Positions 38,543-49,632 of a stretch of 64,000 bases of DNA are shown in pieces; positions within the stretch are counted from its first letter, which is position 1, and each line of letters starts with the position of its first letter. The notes beneath the pieces were generated by a model. It was not told where the DNA came from. It saw nothing but the letters and a program-made list of their open reading frames with translations, and did no database searches. The DNA comes from Azolla caroliniana (lineage: Eukaryota; Plantae; Polypodiophyta). Both the position numbers and the translations under genes were made by a program. The DNA lies in the NCBI GenBank assembly GCA_043228905.1, contig JBHGNT010000001.1, forward strand, positions 5,146,001-5,210,000. The letters run 5' to 3'.

Positions 38543-38737
38543 TGTCAATGCACTGATATTCCATAGCTCACTTACCCATCACCTTGATACTACTTGATAG
38601 TACGTATGCAATAGCAATACCGTGAGGATAGAAGAAAACTGTCAATGCACTGGCATTCCATAGCTCACTTAGCCATCACCTTGATACTACTTGATAGTAC
38701 GTATGCAATAGCAATATCGTGAGGATAGAAGAAAACT
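38543..38737. repeat. Near-identical ~97-bp tandem duplication
   Basis: TGTCAATGCACTG...GAGGATAGAAGAAAACT occurs twice head-to-tail. Confidence 0.9.
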
Positions 38738-39467
38738 TGAACGCTCACTGCCAATATAAACTCCTATCATCAACTGCATTTCTCTAGGTTTGCTCAACAG
38801 ATTTTAGCGGCTCTAGTACAATATAAACTTACCAAAACCTGCTGGATATTCTCACAATTGTTCCGAGAATATCCAAGAAGTTGTACAAGTCACTTCATGC
38901 GTTGGAGAACAAATGGGGTTCAAATATGTCCAACTAATTTCTCTCATCTATACAAATATGTCTGGCTTGATGTAGCAACTAAAACCAGAATAATTGTGTG
39001 ATGAAGGACAAATGAATACCTACACAACACCATAAGCATGTTGTATCAAAGACAACCCATTTTGCTCTAGCATTTCATGCTCTCATAAGATCTCAAGAAA
39101 ACAAGACATTTTAAATGTATGTTTTGCACGAATGAAGGTCATGTTGCCTTATTGCCAAATATCCACTTCAATCCAAACTAATGAGGTCAGACTCACCCGG
39201 ATCTTAAATTGATACAAGCAATTACTCATCAGTTCGATGTAGCATGTCAAGAAACCCATTAATCGCATTGGAGTGAGGAAGATAATGAGAAGTTCCAATA
39301 TACAAAAAAAAGAATTTGACCAACGGTGATGGGAGATATAGGGTTACCTCAACATTTGGCCATAGATACAATTACAGGAGAATCTCTGGCATTTCGGCCC
39401 ATACATACATCCACTTTTTTGAAAAGAAATTGAAGTTGTGAAACCAAAAAAGAGAAAAATAGGAAAG

Positions 39468-40610
39468 CTACATTGCATTTGCACCAGAGACGATCTCAAG
39501 GATCTCACCAGTAATCTTTGCCTGTCTCTGGCGGTTATAGCTAACCGAGAGATTCTTCTTGAGCTCAGATGCATTGTCACTGGCATTATTCATCGCATTC
39601 ATTCGAGCGGCGAGCTCACTGGCGACCGACTCTTGGAGGGCACGAAGAATTTGGCTATTGAGATACAATGGCAAAAGGGCATCCAAGATTTGGACAGGCT
39701 CCTGCTCGAACTGGAGGACACCAGCAAATTCTGCAGTCTCCGTGCGAACGGTCTCTCGTTCGAGGGAGAACTTACCCTCTTTGGTAGTGAGACGGAACAT
39801 CTCATCGTCGGCAGCATCCACACACTTACCATTCACATCACACACTTCCCCTTGGGGAGACAAGGGCAAGAGGGTGTGAATGATGGGATCCGATTTGATG
39901 AGTGACACGAACTTAGTGTAGAGGAGCTCGACCTTGTCCACCTCTTCGCTGACAAAGAGAGCGAATAGCTCGTCCGCAATGGCTTGAGCTTCTTTCGTCG
40001 TAGGGGTGCTGCCCGTGTCAATGTAGCGATCAACGGGGATCTCGGGCCGGCGCTTGAAGTAGGAACCGCCTTTCTTACCCACGCTCACAAGCACAAACTC
40101 GACACCGATCTTCCTAAGGTCTCTCATCCGTTCTTCGGCTTTCTTGATGATGAAGTTGTTGAAGCCACCGCAAAGGCCCCTATCACCTGTGACGACTACG
40201 AGTGCGATTTTCTTGACGGGACGGATTTGGGTTAGTGGGATGTCAATATCCTCGGTCTGGATTTGCGAGTTCACATTGAAGAGGACCTTGACGAGATTCT
40301 CCGAGAAGGGCCGGCCGTTGACGACCGCCTCCTGGGCACGGCGCACCTTCGCAGCGGCCACGAGCTTCATGGCATCCGTGATCTTCTTCGTGTTCTTCAC
40401 GCTGTCGATCCGCTCGCGCAGGTCCTTGAGGCCGCAGACCACAGTGGAGGCGCCACGAGGGGCCTTGACACGGGAGGCAGAGGAGGCACATGGCAGGAGG
40501 CTACTGGTGTCCGAGGGGCCGACAAGGGCTCGGGCCGCGGTGGGAAGGTTTTCGAACCCACTAGACCTGCTGCTGCTGCTGCACAGGGAGAGATGGCTTG
40601 AGCACGCCAT
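39468..40610 (-). CDS. atpC: Chloroplast ATP synthase gamma subunit, nuclear-encoded, intronless
   Basis: Ser-rich transit peptide, LRERIDSVKNTKKITDAMKLVAAAK, DRGLCGGFN, thioredoxin-regulated insertion CDVNGKC, and C-terminal NRQRQAKITGEILEIVSGA. Confidence 0.97.
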   Translation of the reverse strand: MACSSHLSLCSSSSRSSGFENLPTAARALVGPSDTSSLLPCASSASRVKAPRGASTVVCGLKDLRERIDSVKNTKKITDAMKLVAAAKVRRAQEAVVNGRPFSENLVKVLFNVNSQIQTEDIDIPLTQIRPVKKIALVVVTGDRGLCGGFNNFIIKKAEERMRDLRKIGVEFVLVSVGKKGGSYFKRRPEIPVDRYIDTGSTPTTKEAQAIADELFALFVSEEVDKVELLYTKFVSLIKSDPIIHTLLPLSPQGEVCDVNGKCVDAADDEMFRLTTKEGKFSLERETVRTETAEFAGVLQFEQEPVQILDALLPLYLNSQILRALQESVASELAARMNAMNNASDNASELKKNLSVSYNRQRQAKITGEILEIVSGANAM

Positions 40611-40734
40611 AGCTCTAGATGTCTGTCCTTTTCCTTCTTCCTCTTCCTTCTTCCTTGATTCTTCTTCTGGTGCAGACAGGATCGGAGGTGGAGAGATAAA
40701 GAGTATGTGTGTAGGGCATATACCATTGTTTTGT

Positions 40735-40788
40735 GTATGTGTGTGTGTGTGTGTTTGTGGTAGTTGTGATCTCCAGTCTTATCCACAA

Positions 40789-40860
<72 letters not shown>
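40735..40860. repeat. (GT)n, (CT)n and (CA)n microsatellites in the atpC leader/promoter
   Basis: Directly visible dinucleotide tracts. Confidence 0.9.
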
Positions 40861-40861
<1 letters not shown>

Positions 40862-42149
40862 TTGCTTCACTCCATCCGTCCATTCCTTCCTTCCTTTCTT
40901 TGAGGTCCATGGTGTCTCGTGTGTGAATTATGTTTGCTTCTATATATGTACATATTGGCTCGCCCCCCCCCCCCGGAAACACGAAAGAAAAACCGGCATT
41001 CCGAACTCATCTCCCTCGCCACGCTGCTCTGCTCGTATATGTTTCTCCAAATGTGAGTGTCTCCGTATCGGTATTCAAAAAGTTCGCCTTTACCGCTTGA
41101 TACTACTACTACTACTACTCCTGCTGCCCGGATTGGTGCGATGCTTTATATGCTTCTTCGTATGAAACTGGATTTTCCCAATGAAGTTTTCTGGCGCATG
41201 AATATCGGTTCTTCTGCGAAGGTGCCGAAAAAGGAAAATACACTTTTATTTAGAACATGAGCCCGACGTAATCAAAGGTGCCCGTGTATTTGTATTGCCC
41301 AAAACTATGGAATTTGGGCCCTCCAAAATCTCTACCTTTACCTAAGTTGGTTCATGATAGTACATTTCTCCACGTAGAAGACTCGTTTTCTTATGTAAAG
41401 AGAAAAACAAGTTTGTATTTAGAAACATTTGCAATGATCTCTATCAAGCAACACCTATATAATTGACCATGAAATGTGTTATTCATGAGTATTCCATTAG
41501 GGTAAAGTTTGTATTAATGTGGCAACATTGACTTAAGAGTTGCATTTCTTTGTTGGGTTTCGATAATGATAAAACATTTGTAAGTGAGGTGAGCATATTA
41601 TACATATAGTCATGACTCATGACACTCATGCATGTATTATACATCGAGGAACGAGCATTTGGAAAGCAATGATAGAGAATCATTAAGGGGGATGGTGTGT
41701 AAGTTCACCGGAATTTTGGGTTATTTCAAGTTTCAACTTCCATTATTCATGATTATGTATCGTGGGGGAGATATCAGGTTATTATCACTTATTTCAAGTT
41801 TTTTAATGTCTCAAAAGTATCGACAACTAATGTTAATCCAATATTAGCATTGTATATACTATATAGCTCTTAAGATCAAGTTGCCTTTTGTTATTAAGGT
41901 CAAATAACTATGACATCAAGTAGGTAAGGGGGAAATGTGCATCAATGTAACTATAAAAAAGATTGTTGTTGTGTGCCTTACTTGAACCAATAGTAGCTAT
42001 ATGACTATGATAGATAGTCAACAAGAATGTATAGGCATAAGCTTAGGGACTTATTCTAACTCCAACTTGGTATGATAGCCTGAGGGTATACGAAGAGGAT
42101 TAACAAGTGTAAGGGTATATGAAAGCCATGAATGTAGGATATTGTATTG

Positions 42150-42790
42150 ACTCTATGAATAGACATCAATGTGCATAAGTTCATGCTTACTCGCTCTGTG
42201 GGGTTGCCCAACGTCCCATTGAATATGGCAGGGGGTTGGCCGCTTGTTGCAATTATGCCAGGTGCAAGGCTCAATCAAGTGGGGAAATATATGTTGGCTA
42301 TCATGGCAGACCGCAATTGGCAAATATGAGCATCAAGAGGAGGGGATGACTTTGGTAATAAAAGCACAAGAGGTCATTTTCTCCTCCAGCGGCAATGTCC
42401 ACTCCACTCCTCTTAATGACAAATCTCAAGAGGCGTTGGAACTGGTCAGCCCAATAACTCTTTGGATTCTATGAAAACAACGATGTAGGCAAGCCTTCTC
42501 CAACCAAACCGCACATCCAACAACGTTACTGCAAGAGACATGGAGTGAAATTGTAGCCACTCTAAAGAGCCAATATGATGGCCTTAAGGGCAGCTTCGAG
42601 GGAGTTGAAAGACAACGAATAGCCTTCATCTAACAATGGTTGTCCTCTCCCTTTCTTGGGTCAATGGGCATCCACATAAGATAGAACTATCGCATCCCTT
42701 CAGGGATTTGTACATAATCGTCTCATTTGTAAAATTTTATAACTAATGGAAGGGGTTTTGTTTTTTTTTTTGGAAAAAAAGAAGAAGTTC
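42150..42790 (+). mobile_element. Decayed 3' end of an L1-type LINE, related to the element at 53784-54540
   Basis: Translation gives LWGCP...ELVSPITLWIL*KQRCRQAFSNQTAHPTTLLQETWSEIVATLKSQYDGLKG...R*NYRIP, which aligns by eye with LALWTIWKTRCDAVFNN...HTIRGQYDDLQG...KWNYSIP. The stops are single-base TGG>TGA/TAG and CAA>TAA-type changes. Confidence 0.75.
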
Positions 42791-42975
42791 GTGCTTACTC
42801 ACTCCACTAAAAGAAATCTAATTGATCTTTCGTGCAATTTCTTATTGCCATTTAGGTTTTATTACGATTATTGATGTCTCATGCCTAGTTGTTGCCACTC
42901 TACACGAAGTGGTAGAAACATTAATTACTATTATCATTATTAATTTTCCCATTTACCTTGATTGATTGGTTCTTC

Positions 42976-43286
42976 TAACAACCGGCAACGATCGGTTTGA
43001 GAGGGTCAAAACCGAACCGTTTAAAAAATTGTAAACCTTAAACAAACCAAACCAAACCACAAAACCGTTAAACATTTTTCAAACAGTTAAACCTCCGGTC
43101 AAATTTCGGTTTTCAACTTAGGTTAAATTTTAAATTTATAATATTTCATTTTTTAAAATTTTAAAATTTTTTAAGATGTTCCTAAAATCTGAGAATAAGG
43201 TCTAAAAATGAAAAGATTGTTTAAAAACAAATTCTTAAAAAAAAAAACGTAAACCGTTGAAACCGCTAAGCCGTTGCCAATTGTTA
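42976..43286. mobile_element. hAT-type MITE (311 bp)
   Basis: Terminal inverted repeats TAACAACCGGCAACG / CGTTGCCAATTGTTA (13/15 match), 8-bp TSD GGTTCTTC / CGTTCTTC (7/8 match), and many subterminal AACCG/CGGTT motifs. Confidence 0.8.
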
Positions 43287-43304
43287 CGTTCTTCCACAAA
43301 AGTA

Positions 43305-43700
43305 TATTATCTAAGAAATAGTCAAGACTAGGCATGTATTGTGTCTCATGGAAGCATACATGCATATATTATCGAAGAAAGAGTCAAGACTAGGCATGTA
43401 TTGTGTCTCAAGGAGACATACATGCATCCTACTACATTTTAACGGTTTATAATAGTGAAATAAATATAATATGTGAAAGTTGGACTCTAAATCCAAGGTC
43501 ATGTGGCATTGGTAGTCTAGTAGCTTACATAACTATAACTTGTAAGTAAATAACACGAGAAAGAGAAAGAGAAAGAGAAAGAGAAATGCATGGGTGATAT
43601 GTGAAAGTCGGACACTGAATACAAGGTCGTGTGCCGTTGGTAGTCTAGTAGCTTACCATAAGTGTAAGTAAATAACAAGAAAAAGGGAAAGAGAAATGCG
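43305..43700. repeat. Two adjacent tandem duplications (~61 bp x2 and ~130 bp x2)
   Basis: AGTCAAGACTAGGCATGTATTGTGTCTCA occurs twice; ATGTGAAAGT..GGAC...TTGGTAGTCTAGTAGCTTAC occurs twice. Confidence 0.8.
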
Positions 43701-43799
43701 TGAGCAATGTGGAGATCACAAATTTAGACATGCCAAAGATAAAAATTTGGAGGCTAGATAGACGCGATTCTGCGAGGTAAGGATGGATGAACACACACA

Positions 43800-45316
43800 A
43801 ACTCGAGAATGTGGTGTAAGCCTACATCTGCACCTAATATATATGTGTGTGTGTGTGTATGTTTTTGTCTTGACAATTCCACAAGGTAAGTTATGCATCA
43901 CTTTTCCTTCTTCTTGTTTTTATATGTTTTCTTTTTTGCTGTGTTAGTAAAGACTGTTTGTTGCCTTCCTAAGGGATATGAAGGGAAGGAAATGAACCGT
44001 GTTAGATTGACGCCCAACTAGAGGCTAAAGTAAAGAAGTCACCTGTTGTACAATCTCTTGGAAAGACACAGAAGAAGTTTCTTATAGAAGGGTTTAGGGT
44101 GCAACATGATGCATGTGACCAACATGACCTTTGGGACCGAACTGTAAGATATTTATACCTGAAGATATTTGTGCCGTAAGAAAAAGTAAATAGGCAAAAT
44201 TAAAAATATGCTCTTCTTCAGTAAAACCGATTTACTTGTGCTTTTCTTGATGCAGTGGATCCAGTCTTCGGGTACTCTAAATCCCGCAGAATACTTTGTC
44301 TGAGGACATATTGTATTAGTTCGCAACTAAGTTTACATCGCTTACTTCTATGGATTTAAGTGGTGGTGCATCAAATTTATCGGGTGCTTGTGTTGAAGTA
44401 AAGTTGAATATGAATCCAGAAATAGAACCTGGCTTGCCCAATGATGATATTGCATTTGCAATCGGCAATACAATGTGCCAACTAGAACATCTCGAGATGT
44501 AATATGGAACATTGCCAAATGCAGGTTTTAAATTCTTGATGTAAATGTGTGCCAAGCTTGAATTTTTGGATATTCGTGGATGTTGGCATGTCGACATGAG
44601 TGAAACTTTTGCCAAAGAAGCAAGCCAAAGGTTAAAGGTATTCCATGCACCAATCATGATCGATGATTCCTATGCGTATCTTTCCGAATATGAGGACTAT
44701 GCCAATGAACCCGAATCTTGTTCCTATGATAATATGGCTCTTATTTTGACCGATTTGATAGTAATTGGGACGTGAAGATTAGAATAAGTGGAATTATGTA
44801 AATCAGGATGGGATGACATGTGATACCCTTTTATTCCCTTAATTAAAATGGAGTAGTTTAATCTGCCTTAACACCCTTGCTAATCAGAATTTGGTTGTCT
44901 CTAATAAATCAATGATCTGACTAATTAGTCAATACCCATTAAGCAAATTACCAACAATTAACCAATGCACCACTAACATGTTGATTATATGAACATTGTA
45001 CTACTGATCAACTGATTATTTGTATACATCGCTATTAACTTACTGAAAATGTTTAAGCAGATTGTCAATTTGTTTCAGTTGTCAATTGGTAAAGTTGTTT
45101 GTGGATATAAGACAAGACTTAAGGAATTCTTATCTGCCATTGAAGAACTGGAACTCTTGGTAAATATCCTCTATATTTCTCCTTTGTCAAGCTAATAATT
45201 AGGCATGCTATAAGAGAGGCCTCATGTATGCTTGTTGAACCTAGTTGAAGTACCATTGAAAGTCACGAGGTTATGATCCTGTGACACGAAAGTAGAATGC
45301 GGAATAATGGGTGTTT
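43800..45316 (+). pseudogene. Duplicated F-box gene pseudogene (copy of about 35096-37341)
   Basis: Colinear with the intact gene including intron and 3' flank, but about 490 bp covering the ATG and F-box exon is deleted. In-frame stops at 44317 (TAG), 44500 (TAA) and 44542 (TAA), plus internal deletions. Confidence 0.92.
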
Positions 45317-46615
45317 CGAGTAATTATCTCGCCTCTGAATAAGCACTATATAGTAAGCACTAGGAGACAAAATCACAAGATCAACAACTGTGCACAGGAC
45401 ATTTCTGCAACAATACAGTTATTATGTAAACAGATTAACTTGCCAAATCTGATAGATACCAAATGACAAACACTGAAATGGCAATGGAGATGGACTCAGG
45501 GAAGCTGTGAGCATTTCATTAATTCTTGAAAACAAGGCGAAGTGAGCATATAATTGCTCACACAACTAAACCAACAAAAATGCACACTTAATGAAATGTT
45601 TGAAACTAGATAGCATTTGCTTCCTTTTAAGGAGATAGGTCATACAACGCCTCTTGGCTGATCATCTTTTTTGCTCCAGTCAATTCACACTACGTCAAAC
45701 ATTGAAGAATGTGATGAAATATATCAATGATATATATGCCCCAAAGCCTAAAATCATTAATTCTGAAGGTAAAAGCCTACCTTTAAATGAACATTTTGTT
45801 CGTACTATGCTCTTTAGCAAGAGATGCCACTCAACACAATCCTTGTACTCCATGAGTACAGAAAGAAGATGCCAATATGTATAATGCTTATATCATCCTG
45901 TGAGGAAAGGAAAAAATCTGTTAAGCAGTTGATTGTCTGTCTTAGAATCCATCAGTTCCAGACATTAGATAGATGGTTACTCGGGAAAGAACCCTAAATC
46001 AAAGTAGTTGTTTTGTAACGTTGATAATGATCAAACAAGTAAAAGTCGTTTTTACTTTTCTCAAGTTACACAGAGCTAGTTATTGAGGAACAATATGTAG
46101 TAAATATTTGAAGAAACATAAATTCTTGCACGAAAGGTTTCACATGAGATGAATACCACATACACTATATTTTGGAGTTATTTTTTATCTTGATGCACAG
46201 GTTGCAATGCACATTTGACATGGTATGACTACAGTGTTGTCAGTTTTATCACGGATGTATTCACAGATGTATGAGATTGACTAGCTTCAATCACAGGACT
46301 TGACTACTATTGCCTTGTTCTCACATTCCATCCATGCTCTCTCCATCTTTTTGTAGTTGGAATCATCCTCACCGCCTTCAATCGAGGACAGAATAACTAC
46401 AAAATAGTCTAAAGATTGCATGGATTCGATCACACTGAAAACAAATACATACATCATACATATGAAATCCTCCCCCATCAGCACACAGATTGATCAAATA
46501 TTGAAGAAATGAATTTAATGAGTAAGTTTAAGTTAGCATCAACTTCCCTCCAACACATACATAGATTGATTGAATAGCAAGGCAATGAATTTAATGAGTG
46601 AGTGGTTAGTTTCAG

Positions 46616-48142
46616 TTAGCAGTGAACTACAGCACAAGCAGCCCCATTCTTGATACATGAAGGTAGATCTGGACCTCTTGACCACTCTTCTGAGATAGTA
46701 TCATAAATCAATACAAGACCTTCTTTGAGACCTCGTGTATGCCTTCCGCTACGACGTAAGAGGTCATCGATACAACCACCCACTTGAATGACGTACACTG
46801 AGGTACCTATTGAGGTGCAAGAGAATTTCAGGCGATTGTCAAGGCGAAGAGGCGAAGGGATGGGTGGGGGTTTTATCCGGGTCCATCTGTCTCTAAGTGT
46901 ATCATATTCCCAAAATGATAGTTCTACAGCATGGCTTGAAAGCATGTAGATACATGACCCGACGACCGTGCATGCAATCACACATCCCCCCGTCGGGAGT
47001 GGTTTCGTCTTTTGCCATGTATTTGTCCTTGGATCAAACAAATCCATTGAGCTTATATATGTATAAGGTTGCATACACATACCCACAACACTACTCGATT
47101 TGAGGCCACCCACAACATAAAATATGTCGTCCACGGCAACTCCCAGGCATCCATACCTTTTCCGAGGCATGTTTGCGATAGGTTCCCATTTGTCTTCTTC
47201 AGGGATATATTGTTCAGCATCCATGAGGGCGTCGCGACCAGGGTCTCTGCGGTTGGCACCTCCGGCCACATAGATCCGTCCCCGGATCGAGCAACATGCA
47301 AACTTCTTGCGAGGCAATCTCATTGGTGCTCGTCGGGTGAGTGTCTTGCTCCAAGAATCATACATAATGGTGGAGTGAAGATGAGCACCCATGGGGAGGG
47401 TATTCTTAGAATTGCAGGTGGTTGCGGTGTTGTTTTGTTGGCTAGGGATGACACCAATAATGAAGACACAGTGATTGACGACCGCGGGTTGTGCATGATG
47501 CAATGATTGAGAACCATAACACCGATGCCGGTGATGATGATTATGATGTTGATAATCAAGATTGTTCACATTTCCATCAATACCACTAGTGTACTGATCA
47601 TGGGATTCCACATAGTTGCCAGCATTTACATGACTAACTTCCAGTGGCGATGAGAGCGAGAGCGAGAGCGAAAGCCACTTGCCATCGTGTTTGCTATAAT
47701 AAATGGAGGATGAGGCACTTCCCCCAAAGACAAAGAGGAGGGGCTCAAGAGTCCCGACAAGCCTGCGCCGCTCATAGTACTCGGGCTCACGGACACAATG
47801 CTTCCACTTGTGGCACACAAGCATCATGTGGTGGAGAGAATCTCTCGGGACCCGAGCCAAGCACTCGAGGAGGACGTCATCTGGGAGTGAGTCGATCGAA
47901 GGATGAATGATGGTCTTAGTGGAGTTTGTGATGGTGTGATCATCCCCAAGTGAAGATCCTTGTAGCAATACTATCTCGATGGGTGCTTCACTCCAGCAAG
48001 CTCTCATCATTAGCCTCCTCAGCCCACCCTTCTTCCTACTGCTTCCATCCCTTCTTGTGTTTATCAGTGCAGAAGTAGTAGTAGAAGAAGATGCTTCCAT
48101 GACCTCCAATTGAGTATTGCAACATTCAAAGCTAACCATCAT
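46616..48142 (-). CDS. F-box/kelch-repeat protein, intronless CDS
   Basis: F-box IDSLPDDVLLECLARVP...LVCHKW, then kelch repeats (RKKFACCSIRGRIYVAGG, RYGCLGVAVDDIFYVVGG, WSRGPDLP). Confidence 0.93.
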   Translation of the reverse strand: MMVSFECCNTQLEVMEASSSTTTSALINTRRDGSSRKKGGLRRLMMRACWSEAPIEIVLLQGSSLGDDHTITNSTKTIIHPSIDSLPDDVLLECLARVPRDSLHHMMLVCHKWKHCVREPEYYERRRLVGTLEPLLFVFGGSASSSIYYSKHDGKWLSLSLSLSSPLEVSHVNAGNYVESHDQYTSGIDGNVNNLDYQHHNHHHRHRCYGSQSLHHAQPAVVNHCVFIIGVIPSQQNNTATTCNSKNTLPMGAHLHSTIMYDSWSKTLTRRAPMRLPRKKFACCSIRGRIYVAGGANRRDPGRDALMDAEQYIPEEDKWEPIANMPRKRYGCLGVAVDDIFYVVGGLKSSSVVGMCMQPYTYISSMDLFDPRTNTWQKTKPLPTGGCVIACTVVGSCIYMLSSHAVELSFWEYDTLRDRWTRIKPPPIPSPLRLDNRLKFSCTSIGTSVYVIQVGGCIDDLLRRSGRHTRGLKEGLVLIYDTISEEWSRGPDLPSCIKNGAACAVVHC

Positions 48143-48616
48143 TACAAAATAGATCTCCCCTGACTCTCTCTGTGTTCTTCTTACTTACCTCTTCAGTGTC
48201 TCACAAGATCAGGAACTAATTGTAATGCTGCTTCTTAGAAGGAAGTGAGGGAGAAAGAAGACCCCTTCTGCTTTTATTTCCCCTGTTTCTTCTTTCTCTA
48301 GTAGGGGTTAGAAGTCCTCTGGTTTTTCTCTGGAGCATAGCATAGAAAGGTTTCCTTGCCTATGGAGAAGAGGAGGAAGAAGAAGACCCACATGTAGTAT
48401 GAAGATCTGAACTTAGACTTTGGGTTGAGGCATATATAGCTTTTCTGGTTGGCATCAGTTTATCTGACTACCCCTTCTTCTTCTTCTTCTTCTTCTTCTG
48501 CCTCACCTTCTCCTTTCTTCTTTCTTTCCTTCTTTCTTATTATACTACTACTGTTAGAACTATCCATGGCTTTTGCAGAGCAAAAGTAGAAATAAAATAC
48601 AAATAAAACAGGGGAA

Positions 48617-48619
<3 letters not shown>

Positions 48620-48675
<56 letters not shown>

Positions 48676-48923
48676 TGTGTGTGTGTGAGTGAGTGTGAGT
48701 GAGTGAATGAGCGAGGAGGTTTAAAAAAATTTACCCAGAAAAAACAAAATATTTTTATTTAATAGCAAAAAAAGAAGAAGAAACAAGCACAAATTTTTAT
48801 TTATGCAATGACCACCAAACAAAAAACCTGCTCCCTTTTTTTTCATTCTCTGCTTCTCTGTTTTGTCTCTCTTTCTGTCTTCTGCTGAATGTATGTATGT
48901 ATGTATGTATGTATGTATGTATG

Positions 48924-48954
<31 letters not shown>

Positions 48955-49140
48955 GTATGTATGTACGTACGTATGTATGTATGTATATGTGTCTTTTTGT
49001 CTCTCTTTCTGTCTTCCGGTGAATGTATGTATGTACGTATGTACGTATGTATGTACGTATGTATATGTGTCTTTTTGTCTCTCTTTCTGTCTTCTGCTGA
49101 ATGTATGTATCATGTATGTATGTATGTATATCAATATGTG
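48620..49140. repeat. (GA)n tract and (GTAT)n compound microsatellite with three interspersed TGTCTCTCTTTCTGTCTTC units
   Basis: Directly visible; accounts for the low-complexity ORFs in this interval. Confidence 0.9.
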
Positions 49141-49528
49141 TCTTTTTTCCCTTCAGTTTTGACCGTTGATTGATTGATTGGGTGGTGATGGTGGGCTGCC
49201 TTTCTCTATCCCTCCATCCGTCCAAACATGAGCATAATAATGCTGTTGGACAAACCACACCCCTTTTTTTTTTTACATGGGGAAGGCTAAGAAAGCCCCC
49301 TCTCTCTATCTCTATGTGTGGTTCACATGATGGGCATTGTTGGTGTTGCTGGTGTCCGAGTGTCGAGTGTATGTGCGTGTGTGTGTGCCCGTATTTATGA
49401 TGTGGTGTTTGCGCATGTACATGTAAATGATCACACATGTATCCTCACGATCTATATACATGGATAAAGGCCTTCTTGTAACTTGCGAGGTTGTCCTTTT
49501 TACATACATATATCTGTACCTTCTTGTT

Positions 49529-49632
49529 GTGTCATGATATCGATGCTTGATAAGTCTTCTCGCCGTGTCATCATACCAATGCTTGATAAATCTTCTCGGT
49601 GTGTCATGATATCGGAGCTTGAGAAATCTTCT
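49529..49632. repeat. ~35-bp tandem repeat, 3 copies
   Basis: GTGTCATGATATCGATGCTTGATAAGTCTTCTCG-like unit occurs three times. Confidence 0.8.

Noticed and set aside
39438-40926. Long + strand ORFs (155, 106 and 260 aa) antisense to atpC
   Set aside because: Shadow ORFs caused by the GC-rich codon usage of atpC and the adjacent microsatellites; no recognisable domain.
48721-49438. ORFs of 137-213 aa rich in YIHT/MYVC
   Set aside because: Translations of the (GTAT)n microsatellite.
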